Origin: Octopus vulgaris
Lineage: Eukaryota
Reading direction: 5' to 3'
Length of the DNA stretch: 64,000 nt
Assembly (NCBI GenBank): GCA_951406725.2
Contig: OX597823.1
Location: forward strand, 30,008,001-30,072,000
Shown here: one piece after another, positions 13,803 through 27,515 of the stretch
How the letters are laid out: each line of letters begins with the position of its first letter
Position numbering within the stretch: the stretch's first letter is position 1
The notes under the pieces: generated by a model
The model's input: the letters and a program-made list of their open reading frames with translations, nothing else
The model's database searches: none
Told to the model about the DNA's origin: nothing
Made by a program: the position numbers and the translations under genes

Positions 13803-13925
13803 CACACATACAAACACACACACACACATTCATATATATTTATAGACACATGTACATAAATATAGACACGGGAATTTCAAAGCCTTTATCGTGCTTCTAC
13901 TATTTGCTAACGTAAATAAATGCAT
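12684..13925. repeat. Right arm of inverted duplication (partner 7918-9115)
   Basis: Reverse-complement match of unique blocks and of the intervening (TAG)n/(TGTC)n/(CTGG)n microsatellites. Confidence 0.85.
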
Positions 13926-14041
13926 GGTTCCGGGTTCAGTCCCACTGCGTGGCACCTTGGGTAAGTGTCTTCTACTATAGCCTCAGGCCGACCAAAGCCT
14001 TGTGAGTTGATTTGGTAGATGGAAACTGAAAGAAGCCCGTC

Positions 14042-14086
<45 letters not shown>

Positions 14087-14087
14087 A

Positions 14088-14173
<86 letters not shown>

Positions 14174-14340
14174 GTATGTGCGTGTTTGTGTGTCTGTGTT
14201 TGTTCCCCCAACATCGCTTGACAACCGATGCTGGTGTGTTTACGTCCCCGTAACTTAACGGTTCGGCAAAAAATTGATCGATAAAATAAGTACTAGGCTT
14301 ACAAAGAATAAGTCCTGGGGTCGATTTGATCGACTAAAGT
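13925..14340 (+). mobile_element. SINE family B, truncated
   Basis: Starts at catggttccgggttcagtcccactgcg; internal (TA)n. Confidence 0.85.
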
Positions 14341-14585
14341 CGAATTTATGTTGTATGGTATTTGACAGACATGGATGCAGAGAACCGGAACAACTACAAA
14401 GAATCCGGTCTGCCGTTTCGTAATTCCACCCATCAACTGCCATTGTCTGGTACTTCTGATCGACCCGATACATGCATATATGCACGCATACATACCCACA
14501 GATACATAAATAAATACATTCATTTATGTATGCACGTATATATGCATGTATATTTCTGTGTGTGCGTGCGTGTGTGTGTGTGAGT

Positions 14586-14646
<61 letters not shown>

Positions 14647-14657
14647 TGTGCGTACAT

Positions 14658-14751
14658 ATTCTATCGCCCTCTTTTGCCGAACCGCTAAGTTACGGGGACG
14701 TAAACAAGCGGTGTTGGGGGGACAAACACAGACACACAAACATATACACAC

Positions 14752-14818
<67 letters not shown>

Positions 14819-14985
14819 TACGACGTGCTTCTTTCAGTTTCCGTCTACCAAATCCACTCACAAGAGTTTGGTCGGCCCGAGGCAATAGTAGAAGACACTT
14901 GCCCAAGTTGCCACGCAGTGGGAGTGAACACGGAACCATGTGGTTCGTAAGCAAGCTACTTACCACACAACCACTCTTACGGCTA
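14658..14985 (-). mobile_element. SINE family B
   Basis: Similarity to other copies. Confidence 0.85.
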
Positions 14986-15498
14986 TATATAATTTATATA
15001 TATATATTGTTATTATTATTATTATTAGGAAGATTAATTCCGTGTCCTCAGGAATGAAACATTCAAATTAAAGGTACTAAAGTGAACTTCTCTCAATATT
15101 TTATTCATATATTTAAAAGTAGTTTTAGAGACAGAACCACCCTCACATCAATACACATTGAAAGATATCATACCCGACCGAGCCATAAGATATTAAATAT
15201 CATACTTACTATATTTATTGAGAATTCCATGCTTTGCATTTTAAATACACCACGTGTTTCATGACAGTATGTCAGTATTGTTGAGATATAAGGTCTTTAG
15301 TTTCAAAACTCAATTAGATCGACGTACACCCAACCTTCAGGTCTGGATTTTACACATTTATTACTCTATTTACATTCTATATAACTCTATGATAATTGAA
15401 ATTATTTGACTAAAAATCGTTAACATAATTTTACTTTACAAATTAATGAATAAAATAAAAAATAAAAATAATGAATGAGCCTTAAATATCTATCTATC

Positions 15499-15638
<140 letters not shown>

Positions 15639-17038
15639 TGTGTGGATGAGGGTATGTAGACATGTATAGGGTCAATAAGAAGTATCAATCAATGGAAGTT
15701 GACGGGCAGAATTAAGAAACAGCAGACCGGAGTTCCTACGGTTCCAGTTCTTTGCATTCCGAGTTCAAATGATGCTGTGGCCATCTCGGGTTAGAATCAA
15801 TCTGTTGCCGATTTTCACATCATCATCTGACTTCTAGGGTGCCCTTTAAGGAGTCTACTCTGCTGCAAGCATTCGAGCCAGGTTTTCCCCTCATTTTCAC
15901 GAGTAAAAGTGTATTGAACAAAGAGTCACGTGCACTTCCATTCCCACCTCCGTGCTAAATGCTAAAAAAAAATATATTCACTCTCGGGACCAGATCAGAT
16001 GGCTTCTAGAGTGGCCTCTGCTAAGGGTATTCCAGAACCAGGTAGATGGTTGCGTTAAACTGCACAGCTGTTTAAGTCTACCGAACTCGTCTGGTTTTAG
16101 TTAACATGTAGTTTTATACTAAGCGTAGTTCAGTGGATCTCAGCTGCCATTTCTGAAATACTTACAAGTAGTTCCATATGGACGAAGTATAACTAAGGGA
16201 TTCTATTAATAAAATCAATGGATTTCACTGATTCTTTTTATGTTCTCTTCATGAAATTATGGGATGTCAGTGTCGTCATTTCCGGTCAATTTCATTTCAT
16301 TTTCTAACGCCAAATGTTAACCCTGAGCTTCACTTAAACATTTAAAAAATGCTTTGTTTTTCATTTGTTTTTCTTTTATAATTCAACGGTTGAGGTGGTT
16401 GACACCTTCTCACTTGCCATTTCCCACTTAATGTTCTGACAGAAATAAAAAGAAAAAAAATTAACACTATTTTATTTATTTATTTGCTACTTTTTCTTTT
16501 TAAACACCACGGGGCACCAACAATTGTTTAGAGAAGATCTGGTGTGAGTTAAATAAAACAGATGTTATTGACAAGGAATGTGTCACAAGCAGATCATAAG
16601 ACCCCGCTGGTTTGTAAAATACTATTACTACTACTACGACGACGACGGCGACGAAAATAATGATAGTTACAACATCAACAATAATAATAACAACAACAAC
16701 AATAATAGTAATAATTATTATTATTATTATATCGAATTTGGGTACAAGGCCAGTAATTTTAGGGGAAAGAAGCAATTGGATTATACGGTGCCCTAGTACA
16801 CTACTTTTTATCGAGCCGGAGGAATGAAAGGTAGAGTTGACCCAGACGGGATTTGAACACAGAGAGTAAAGCACCGGAAGAAATAATTCTACGCTTTTTG
16901 TCCGATGCTATAACGATTCTACCAGCTCACCACCTTGACAACAACAGTCCTTTCTTCTACAGGCACAGGCCTGAAATTTTGGGGTAGAGAAGTAATCGAT
17001 TAGGTCGATCTTCAGTGTGCAACTAGTATTTATTTCGG

Positions 17039-17465
17039 TACTTTTTGGTTATCTCACCCCCATTAAAAAATTGGGTTATCTCCCCCAATTAAAAAAAAAT
17101 TGTTTAATCTCCAATAAAACAAAAAAAAAATGAAAAAGTTAAATAACAGGAAAAGCGAAACGATTAAACGTCTTATTGAATCTGATAATATTTTTATAAC
17201 AAAACTGAAAAAATAAATATAAACATGAAAATTGAAAAAATTAATAAACTGAAAAATTTTAAACATCTTCTTGAATCTAATAACATTTTTATTACAAATC
17301 TTACCATGAGGAGGCCAAACGTCAACAATGTGTTGAAGAATTGAATCAAAAGGATCTAACCCTTTCAATTTAATCTCTTGTCACCACATAAACTCAATAT
17401 TTTAGTGGGAAGATAACCCAATTTTTAATGGAAATTTTTAATGGGGTTGAGATAAACAAATAGTA
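17039..17465. mobile_element. MITE-like element with ~50-bp terminal inverted repeats
   Basis: tactttttggttatctcacccccattaaaaaattgggttatct versus agataacccaatttttaatg...atggggttgagataaacaaatagta. Confidence 0.6.
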
Positions 17466-18079
17466 GAAAATTACTATTTTTAAATCTCACAACGAGAGAC
17501 ATTCAGCAACAGTACTTGTTCGAAAATATAAGGACACAGATCGTGTCATATAGCCAGCAGGGGACGATGTCTCCTGGGGCTAAATTACAGCAATATTCGT
17601 CCCAAACCAGGACTGCCATGTTATGTTGGCAAAAAATCTTTACTCTAACCAAAATGTACCTTTATTTCATCGACCCCGCGGGGATAAAAGGCAAAGCCGA
17701 TCTCGACGAAATTTGAATCCAAAACGTAGAGACGGACGAAATGCCGCTAAACGTTTTCTCCGGCGTGCTAACGAATCCGCCAGTTCCTCGCTCTAAATAA
17801 TGTAGATTGATAATAAAATTCAAAACTCATTGGAAGAGCAAAAGTTTATTCACAAGGAACGCTTTAACATATGACTCTGTGGTATTTGGATTGGGGGAGC
17901 GGCAGAACTATATTTCTTAGTTGTAAATACGAGAATCCTATTAAAAAGAAATAACACATATTCGCACAAAGTTTGACACCCAAGAATTTGGAGACCCCCT
18001 ACAAAAGAGATGATAGGGGCTATTGAACATTAAGGGAGCAATGTACGAGTGCAGTCGTTAGTTTTAACTTCTATTTTTC

Positions 18080-18579
<500 letters not shown>

Positions 18580-19300
18580 ATAAGATTTGCAACATAACCT
18601 TTGTTAGTTATGTTTAAAAGAAGACTTACATATCGATTGCAACTGCCGTATCAAACTTCTCACATGAAACTGATTTATAGATCGAACTGCTACAGTATGA
18701 ACATGAAGCAGCTGCAACAACTGAGAGTATATAGGCCAAGCATTGTAAATAGTGACAGAATATAGGTCATCTATTGCGAACAATCACATGTCTTTTGTAA
18801 GGTAGTACTATCTCGAGTCCTAACACTCATAAGTGTCTCCTCCACATATAAATATAAAGCTATCTCTGTCCAGGATGTACAAATCATGCCTTAGTGTCGG
18901 GGCAAGACAGTATTTGCAATAAGGCTAACGTCTCTACATAATATGAAAAGAATGTTCACGACTCCTAATAATATACGAAATAAATTATACTTATATAGAA
19001 CAGTATGACACATTCTATCTAGCCATATATACCTCCACACAAGCTCCAACAAAATATACTTGGAAACACAATGATGTATTAATAGCAAACCTTTTCTACA
19101 TCTGTCCCGTTTTCAAATATCAACCAATTGGAGAGTAAGCTCTCTAGTTCTTTTATGAACCTCCGTCTGTCTTAGAAAATGACAATGTGGAACATTAGCA
19201 AATGAATAGATCATCATTTAATACTTAATAAACCAGACATCGATCCCCTTTTACATTATTTACATTTGACAGATATTTGTCCTCACCTTGTTTACTGTTA

Positions 19301-19345
19301 GCACAACGTTTCGGCTGATGTACCCTCCTGCCTTCATCAGGTGTC
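19301..19345 (-). ncRNA. Minimal type I hammerhead motif in a dispersed repeat (~19250-19410; second copy ~45705-45845)
   Basis: Minus strand: acac-CTGATGA-aggc...gcc-GAAA-cg-TT-gtg; stem III reduced to a short palindrome. Confidence 0.6.
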
Positions 19346-19415
19346 TTGGGGGAAATTTTGAACCTGGGTTCTCATTCCTAAGGTATTATTCGATGTTATT
19401 ACCATTACACCATAT

Positions 19416-19491
19416 GCCCGTAGCATATGGCGTAGTGGTTAAGAGCGCGGGCTACTAACCCCAAGATTCCGAGTTCGATTCCAGGCAGTGA

Positions 19492-19555
<64 letters not shown>
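19416..19555 (+). mobile_element. Short tRNA-derived SINE with (AAT)n tail
   Basis: A box tggcgtagtggttaagagc, B box gagttcgattcc, no acceptor stem, followed directly by (AAT)n. Confidence 0.7.
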
Positions 19556-20340
19556 CAGCACTGCTAGGAACCGCTCGAATACGCCGGAAGGTGCTCGAAA
19601 AATAAGAGGTGTTATCTTAGTTCACTGGTAGTGAACAGCTGACACTGTAGTACATCTCCAGCGTTAGAATAATAATAATAATAATAATAACAACAACAAC
19701 AACAACAACAACAACGACAACGACAACGACAACAATAACAATAATGATAATACTTTTTCTTGCCTGTCCCAAACAACAATAACCGGTCTGTTATGCTTAC
19801 ACTTCACAGTTGCTTTGATGGTAACGTTCCACTAGTGCTCGTGGTGCTGATATTTGTGTGCATATTCAATAATGAGGATTCTCTATATTTATTCCAGGAC
19901 AGTCTTTTGTCCTGAATGGTATTGTATATTGTTTTTTGTGACAACATCATGTCGCATAGGGAGGTATTGCTTTTATGGCATTTTTAGGCAGTTGCTAATT
20001 ACATATGTGATGTCTTCCACGAAAACACGACATAATCAATCGTGATCTACATTTTAGATTGCATCTTATATATGTATGCATGTATGTATGGATGTATGTA
20101 TGAATGGATGGATGGATGGATGGATGGATGGATGGATGGATGGATGGATGGATGGATGCCCTGTCTCCTCGGTTATTTTGTCACTAGTTCAAGAAGTCAG
20201 AGACGAGACTGTAAAGTTACTGATCCGACACCGTTCTTCCTCGAACTTCTCCCAACTTCAAACAGACGGCGATCCTGTTGTTACGGCGGCTGGGGCATCA
20301 CGTGTGCCAACGAAATCGAAATAACACAATTTCCGCTGCT

Positions 20341-20479
20341 TCACCGCAGCCCGGAAGTTGTGCTGTTGCTAGGAGCAGTTATGAATCTCCTGTTGTTTAC
20401 GCGGCTGCATCCGCCGTTCATGTCGTGTCTTAGAGTGCAGTCTAAATCATCTTCGAAAACGAAAGTCGGGCGACTATGA
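20341..20479 (-). CDS. Candidate terminal exon of an unknown gene
   Basis: Minus-strand acceptor cttttcttttacag, then an open frame [45 protein letters not shown] in CpG-rich unique sequence. No homology recognised. Confidence 0.3.
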
Positions 20480-20831
20480 CTGTAAAAGAAAAGCGGTATT
20501 AGATAACGATAGTATTGTTACTTCAGGGCGCAAGGCCGCAATCTGGTAGAGTCGTAAGCCCGCCGGGCAAAATACTTGCTTTACGGCATACGTAAAATGC
20601 TTAGTAGTATTTCGTCCGTTCTGAGTTCCAATTCGGGACCGATAATGTAAAGTACCAGTAAAGTATGGAGTCGATGAAACCAATCAGCGGAACTCTTTTA
20701 AAAGATTGCTGGCCTTGTACCTAAATTAGAAGGAATTATTCTTTCAAGGCGTGGCTATTTTGTTAGACACGAGTCCCGGTCTCAGCTACCTACGGCTGAC
20801 TACACCTAAAAAGAGCCTTTGACCAGAGTCC

Positions 20832-20960
20832 TAAGTTCTCAGATTTCAATGTTGTAGAAATACCAGGTTATGATTAAGTTTCTCAGATTTCAATGTTGTA
20901 GAAATACCAGGTTATGATTAAGTTTCAATGTTGTAGAAGTACCAGGTTATGATTAAGTTT
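20832..20960. repeat. Short tandem repeat, ~44-bp unit, about 3 copies
   Basis: tttcaatgttgtagaaataccaggttatgattaagtt repeated three times. Confidence 0.9.
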
Positions 20961-22094
20961 TACTCGACAGTCTTTATAGAGACGACGCGGTGATCAAAAT
21001 ACTAATGGTTGCACGACCATTCATTGATACCTCAGATTTACAGTGATTTAAAATCCTAATCAAATTGATAAAAATAGCGGAGTAAATTGAGATTCAATTG
21101 AAAATTATGGTTAACACCAGCCATGGAACGCAAGAAATGGTATATAGAGACAAAGGTGGTTCTTACGAATTGTTACTAGCAAAAACAAATGGATATTTTT
21201 TTTTAAAATCTGCCTCGAATTTAAAGACTTGTTAGGCCGGAGATTACCCAGAGTTTAAGCACGAATGCACAAGAATCAGTTCTGAAGAGGATGCTAGTTT
21301 TTTGCATGAGATGTCACTGAGTATCCAGGAGTAACGTGCAATAAAATGTCTTGCTCATTGAAACATTGCACCGTCCGGTCCAAGAACCGCACTCATGATC
21401 TAACGATTATGAGCCTGATACTCTAACCACTTGGCTATCGAAGTAACCCAGGACGGTGAGCTCGGATTCAAGGATGAGGCCCCGGAAAAATAATGTAAAA
21501 TGTACAAAGAGTAAAAAAAAAAAAAAAGGAAGCTTATCTTGATGAAACGGAACAAAAGAATTTATGTCCGACATAAAAAGAGTGAGGAAAAAAAATTATT
21601 GTTGACTGGTAGAGTTTGTGTGTGATGGTGGTGGGGGTGCTGAGCTATGCTAGTCTCTGCGACTAGAATGAAATTTCGATTAAGAACATCTCTCCATGCG
21701 GTATTCAATACAGCAACCTTTAACAAAGAATCAAAGGAAGAATAAGCGATGGAAAATAAGCATTCATTGCTGCTGGAATCCGAAGATCGAGACTTTGGGG
21801 TCCTCGAAATATTGTTTAAAGTCATGACAGCTGTGATACAATATATCTAAGACGTTCCTGCCTTCTTATCCTTTAATACTGTGTCATCTCTGATGGAGAA
21901 GACTTGAGACTTCCCTGTCTTTCTTACTTACAACTACATTATTTGCCATGTTCTTCCTTTTCAAGATTTGAGATGACGAAAAACAACGGCAATATCACCA
22001 TCAAGACGCTGAAACAGCCACTAAGAGTTACTTAAATTGTTAGAAATAGCAACAAAATTATCCTAATACTGTTCAAATATAATATTATGTCACA

Positions 22095-23080
22095 GCAGGT
22101 AGAAGCGTTAGTACGCCGGGCGAAATGCTTAGCGGTATTTCGTCTGCCGCTACGTTCTGAGTTCAAATTCCGCCGAGGTCGACTTCGCCTTTCATCCTTT
22201 CGGGGTTGATTAAATAAGAACAGTTACGCAATGGGGTCGATATAATCGACTTAATCCATTGTCTGTTCTTGTTTGTCCTCTCTGTGTTTAGCCCCTTGTG
22301 GGTAGTAAAGAAATAGTTATTTCGTCTGCCGCTACGTTCTGAGTTCAAATTCCGCCGATGTCGACTTTGCTTTTCATCCTTTCGGGGTCGATTAAATAAG
22401 TACTAGTTACGCACTGGGGTTGATATAATCGACTTAATCCCTTTGTCTGTCCTTGTTTGTCCTCAAGAAATAGGTATTTCGTCTGTCATTTCGTTCTGAG
22501 TTCAAATTCCACCGATGTCGACTTTGCCTTTCGTCCTTTCGGGGACGATAAATTAAGTACCAATTTTTTTTACTACCCACAAGGGGCTAAACACAGAGAG
22601 GACAAACAAGGACAAACAAACGGATTAAGTCGATTATATCGACCCCAGTGCGTAACTGATACTTAATTTATCGACCCCGAAAGGATGAAAGGCAAAGTCG
22701 ACCTCGGCGGAATTTGAACTCAGAACGTAGCGGCAGACGAAATACGGCTACGCATTTAGCCCGGTGTGCTAACGTTTCTGCCAGCAGCCGATAAATTAAG
22801 TACCAGTTGCATAATGTGGTCGATATAATCGACTGCCGTCATATCCGAAAATTTCGGGCCCTGTGCCTAGAGTAGAAAAGTATCGTTAGCACGTTGGACG
22901 AAAAGTTTAGCGGTATTTCGTCTGTCTTTACGTTCTGAGTTCAAATTCCACCGAGGTCGACTTTGCATTTTTCTCCTTTCGGGGTCGATAAAATAAAGTA
23001 CCAGATGAACACTGGGGTAGGTGCAATCAACTTATCCGTCCCCTGAAATTGCTGGCCTTGTGCCAAAATTTGAAACCAAT
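22095..23080. mobile_element. Cluster of SINE-like family C copies, tandem and inverted
   Basis: acgttctgagttcaaattccgccgaggtcgactttgcctttcatcctttcggggtcga repeated on both strands. Confidence 0.85.
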
Positions 23081-24134
23081 ATAATATCACCAAGGCTACG
23101 TTATCCATTCTCATTGGACGATGCAGCGCTAAACACACTGCGTCTGAAGAGAGGTGGACAGGTTGTGGCTGGAAAGCAACTTGGCCATAGTTCTGTCGAA
23201 TCAGATTCAAGTCTAAACAACATTAACAGCAGCAACAAGATTATAATGATACCTTTGTGAATCTCAATTTGTGATCGAAATAGAGCAGGTATCCGCTGTT
23301 TGAACTCGGTCCAAAAATCTGTCGCTTTCTGAGTGTGTGTAGCACCGAATACCTCACATTTAGTTTGCTTGTACTGCAGTTTCCATAAAAGCATCTAAAA
23401 GTGTCTGTTTTACGTATACTATTGAATTCTAAAGCATAACTAGTCTCTTTGCTTCATAGGTAATTAGCTCAGACACTTAAAACTGCCTAGCGTTAGGTAT
23501 CTGTTACGGCAAGTTACACAAAAAAACGCAAGTGCCCACACATACGCCCACATACACACCTGTGCACACACGCATAGAGACCCTCAATGTAGAGTGAGGT
23601 ACTAGCTAATAAAAGTTTTTATCGTCCTTATATTTGCAGAAGGCAGTAGACTTCAATGAGATACTTCTGCGATCCGTTCACTTAAAAACCCTTGCAACAG
23701 AACAAAACAGATTCACCGTATCACTAAATTCATTCCACTTCGCTGACGACTGCATTCTTGCATAAAACCCTAAGATCCCACGGTGCGCGAAGAAATGTTT
23801 CTGTTTATATCATCATTTTTAGTATCTATGTTTAACCACGTATATTGAGCTTCTATTACTTAGAACAAAGAACTCAACGTAAAGGTCTGAGTGTCAATAT
23901 CTTTAATCTTTATTTGTGAGTCTAACGAAATACATTCTGTTGAAATCACGGCTTGGGATTAAACATCTTTAAACCGACATCTTGACATATGTACACATGT
24001 CAATAAATTTATACATTCAGATATGCATAAACATTAATATACGCACGCATACAAACACAAACATGCGCACATATACATAAGCACACACATGCATGTGTGT
24101 GTGCATGCAAGATATATATATAGCCGACCGGTGT

Positions 24135-24191
24135 CTGCTACTCAAGGCCGATGAAGGACAATGATCCTGAAACACGTGTCCCTAGATGCAG
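24135..24191 (+). ncRNA. Type I hammerhead motif (U4C variant) in a ~290-bp element between (TA)n tracts
   Basis: ctgc..tcaagg-CCGATGA-agga-caatga-tcct-GAAAC-acgt-GTC-cctaga.gcag. Confidence 0.65.
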
Positions 24192-24413
24192 CTTCGGCGG
24201 CCGGGGGTGTTTGTCTCCCCTTCGTAAATGTATATAAGGACACAGGGAAAATGTGTCAAAGCCATCAGGAGGCGTTCGATGCTTCCTAGGGCTATACAGC
24301 GGTGGTGTACCCCCCCCCCTACTGTCACGTTCGTGTTAGATTGACAGTATACAACCATTCTATCGCCCCACCACCGTACATGTCTCTACGAGAGATTTAA
24401 AAATTCAGTATTT

Positions 24414-24473
<60 letters not shown>

Positions 24474-24478
<5 letters not shown>

Positions 24479-24736
24479 CGGGTAAAATTGATTAATTAGT
24501 AATTAATAATTTTACCAAGCAGTGTTCAGTATGTAAAAAGACTATTTACGGTATATTTAAAACATTCCTTTATATAATTAAGGTTCAGCAAAAAAATTTA
24601 CTTTACCACACACCGAACTTTTAGAAATAGCAGCCAAAGAATTTAGCTAAATTCTTTGGCTGCTATTTCTAAAAGTTCGGTGTGTGGTAAAGTAAATTTT
24701 TTTTGCTGAACCCTAATTATATAAAGTAATGTTTTA
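24474..24736 (-). mobile_element. Near-perfect spacerless palindrome (24558-24736) plus one-sided tail, within (TA)n
   Basis: Centre gaatttag|ctaaattc at 24646/24647. Carries the ggctgctatttcta and ttttgctgaaccct motifs shared with other fold-back elements. Confidence 0.75.
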
Positions 24737-24738
24737 TG

Positions 24739-24781
<43 letters not shown>

Positions 24782-25324
24782 ATACACACATGTATCCACG
24801 CATACATACAGAACCAGTGGCATAGTTACATACCTACTTAAAGAGTACGTACGTATACCAATATATATATATATATACAAACACATACACGCGTACTTAC
24901 CCGTATACATATACGAACATACGTACGTTAAAACACCCGCACAAGCACATGCATATACTCATCCATACATCCACACATACATACATATACATACACATAT
25001 ATAGAAGTCATTACTAAACGCACTGACATATCGTGAATATACGTGGTATTCTCATTATAGACAATTATATTCAGACAGTCGGTTCTGCAACAGTTACTAA
25101 GCACTAAATATATAAGTTTTCCAGACTTGTAGCCCCTTCGACGCTAAGGTAGACTTTGTTCCTTAAGCTCCTGGTCTACCTCTACCACAGTCCTGTCTAC
25201 CAAACATTTCTTTTTACTTTTTTTCTTTTTCATGTTTAATATCTCATCACACGCCATGGATTCTTCTTTATGTAGGTTAAACAGTTCTCTAGTTGACTAA
25301 TCTTATATAAACACGTACTAGCTT

Positions 25325-25381
<57 letters not shown>

Positions 25382-25463
25382 GGTCCCGGGTTGAGTCGGG
25401 GTTAACCACAGTAAATAAGGTACTCAATACATAGCAGAGTAAATTAATTTATCTTATAGAAGG

Positions 25464-25514
25464 AGCTTCTACAGGACTAGAACTGTTTCATTCAAATGAA
25501 ATCATCAGGAAGCT
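25464..25514 (-). ncRNA. Type I hammerhead ribozyme motif
   Basis: Minus strand: agcttc-CTGATGA-tttcatttgaat-GAAA-cag-ttctagtc-ctg-TA-gaagct. 6-bp stem I, weak stem II; ~85 bp from (TA)n. Confidence 0.75.
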
Positions 25515-25895
25515 TGCTGTCAAAATAAGATCTGGCATTTATACATTTAGGCAGATTTAATGGGGTGGTGGTGGGGGACATTTTTTGGGTAACCAGGGCA
25601 CAAACTGTCTTTCTTAGGGGAGTGGTCAAAAGAATCAGTGATAAAGTAAATAAATGAATAAATAGAATAATTGAATAGAGTTTTAGGTAAAATAGAAGAC
25701 TATCGCTTTTAGTCAGTTTGTTGTTGTTGTTATTAAGTGGAGGGAAGAAGTAGATATGTATACATAAAAGAACATATAAAATAAATATACATACAAACCC
25801 ACATACATACACATGCGAATATCCATACACATACATATACATATGCCCATGTATATACATACAGACACACACATACATACATATAAATACACTAG

Positions 25896-25963
<68 letters not shown>

Positions 25964-26740
25964 CACATACACACACATACATACATATACATATATATAC
26001 ATACATATATATATACAAATACACATACACATACATGCAAACACGCAAACACACGCACACCTATATCTACACATATATATATAAATATACACACCCATAC
26101 ACACACACATATATATATTTTTTTTTTCTTCTCTCCTCATCTTCCTCCCTTATTTTATTTTTATTTTTATTTTCCCTTGACCGTCTTCCAGATCATAAAA
26201 GGTATAATATATGACCTACCTACCCGCCGACACACATTTAGTGGCGCTAGAGTAGACAAACGCCAAAAGTTCCTAGGATTCCCCAGGGTTCCAGCAGGCC
26301 TAATGGAATCCATCTACCGCTCCCCTCTCCCTTCATATCTATCTCTTTACCCACGGATACAAACGCAAACACTCACACACACTCACGCGCACACTCATAC
26401 ACATACACAAACACACATGTTCTCTCACTCATTACCTCCTCATCCACTTATACATATGTATATATCTCTCTCTACATTGGGGTTGTGTTAACCGTACGTG
26501 GAGAAATTATAGGAAAGGAAAAATTACAAGGCAGAATGCTAAATTGAAAGTAAATTTTAATAAAAATGGGTGTATGAAAAATTAAGAAAGAAAAAAAATA
26601 ATAAATCAGACCAGCCTTCATTACAAGGCAAATTTTCAAAATTTGGAATGTATGCATGTATGTATATATATATATATATATATATATGAAAAAACAAGTA
26701 AAAAATAGAAAATGCTAAAATAATTTTATAGTGAACATTT

Positions 26741-26778
26741 CAGTACCGGTTTCGGTCATTTTGAGACCTTTTCAACTG
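26741..26778 (-). ncRNA. Minimal hammerhead (U3-A8 variant) of the Penelope-like element, left arm
   Basis: Exact reverse complement of 30572-30609. Confidence 0.8.
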
Positions 26779-27515
26779 TAACGATTAAATAATTAAATTT
26801 AGAAAAATTAGAAGAAAAGTTTTTTTAAAAGAATATTTCTATAGTAGTGTTCAGATTTAAGTGGCATTCTGCCTTTCTCTGACTCCCTTGTTTGCACTTG
26901 TGTGTTCGAGGTAGTTGTGAGTTCTTGGTAGGGTAGTAGAGGGAAGGCTGGTGAGGAAAGGGGGTGGGAGAATCTGGGAGTGCCCTGATGGTCGTATTTT
27001 GAATGGTCAGTGGCGGCTGGCAGTCTCAGTTCAATTCAGGATTGTTTATAGAATTAGCGTAGGTGTTATACTAAAAAACATTAGTGACAAACTTAAGGGG
27101 TAGGGGGTGGAGAAGAAGAAGAAGAAGAAGAAGAAGAAGAAGAAGAAGAAGAGAAGAAGAAGAAGAAGGAGAAGGAGAAGATGATGGTGATGGTGGTGAT
27201 GATTATGACGACGATGATGATGATAACGATGATGATGAAGAAGAAGAAGAAGAAGAAGAAGAAGAAGAAGAAGAAGGAGAAGAAGAAGAAGAAGGAGGAG
27301 AAGGAGAAGATGGTGGTGATGATGGTGGTGATGATGATGACGCCGATGATGATGATAACGATGATGATGAAGAAGAAGAAGAAGAAAAACAGAGAAGGGA
27401 GAATATGAATGGGTGTAAATATAGCTATGAAGGGGCTGATTAGTAATGGATTCTATGGAGTGTAGTATTTGTGTGTGTATATATATTTTTCTTTTATTCT
27501 AAAGTTGAGGTATAT

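Noticed and set aside
19420-19497. tRNA gene with ACT anticodon
   Set aside because: No acceptor stem pairing or T-run terminator; followed by an (AAT)n tail, so treated as a SINE.
21562-21825. 87-aa minus-strand ORF in unique sequence
   Set aside because: No homology or convincing splice signals recognised.
22095-23080. Regularly recurring motif resembling a CRISPR array
   Set aside because: Intervening sequences are themselves repeated, the context is eukaryotic and there are no cas genes; these are SINE-like tandem copies.
27084-27443. Acidic E/D-rich ORF
   Set aside because: Translation of the (GAA)n/(GAT)n tract in the Penelope-like 3' region, mirrored at ~29965-30240.
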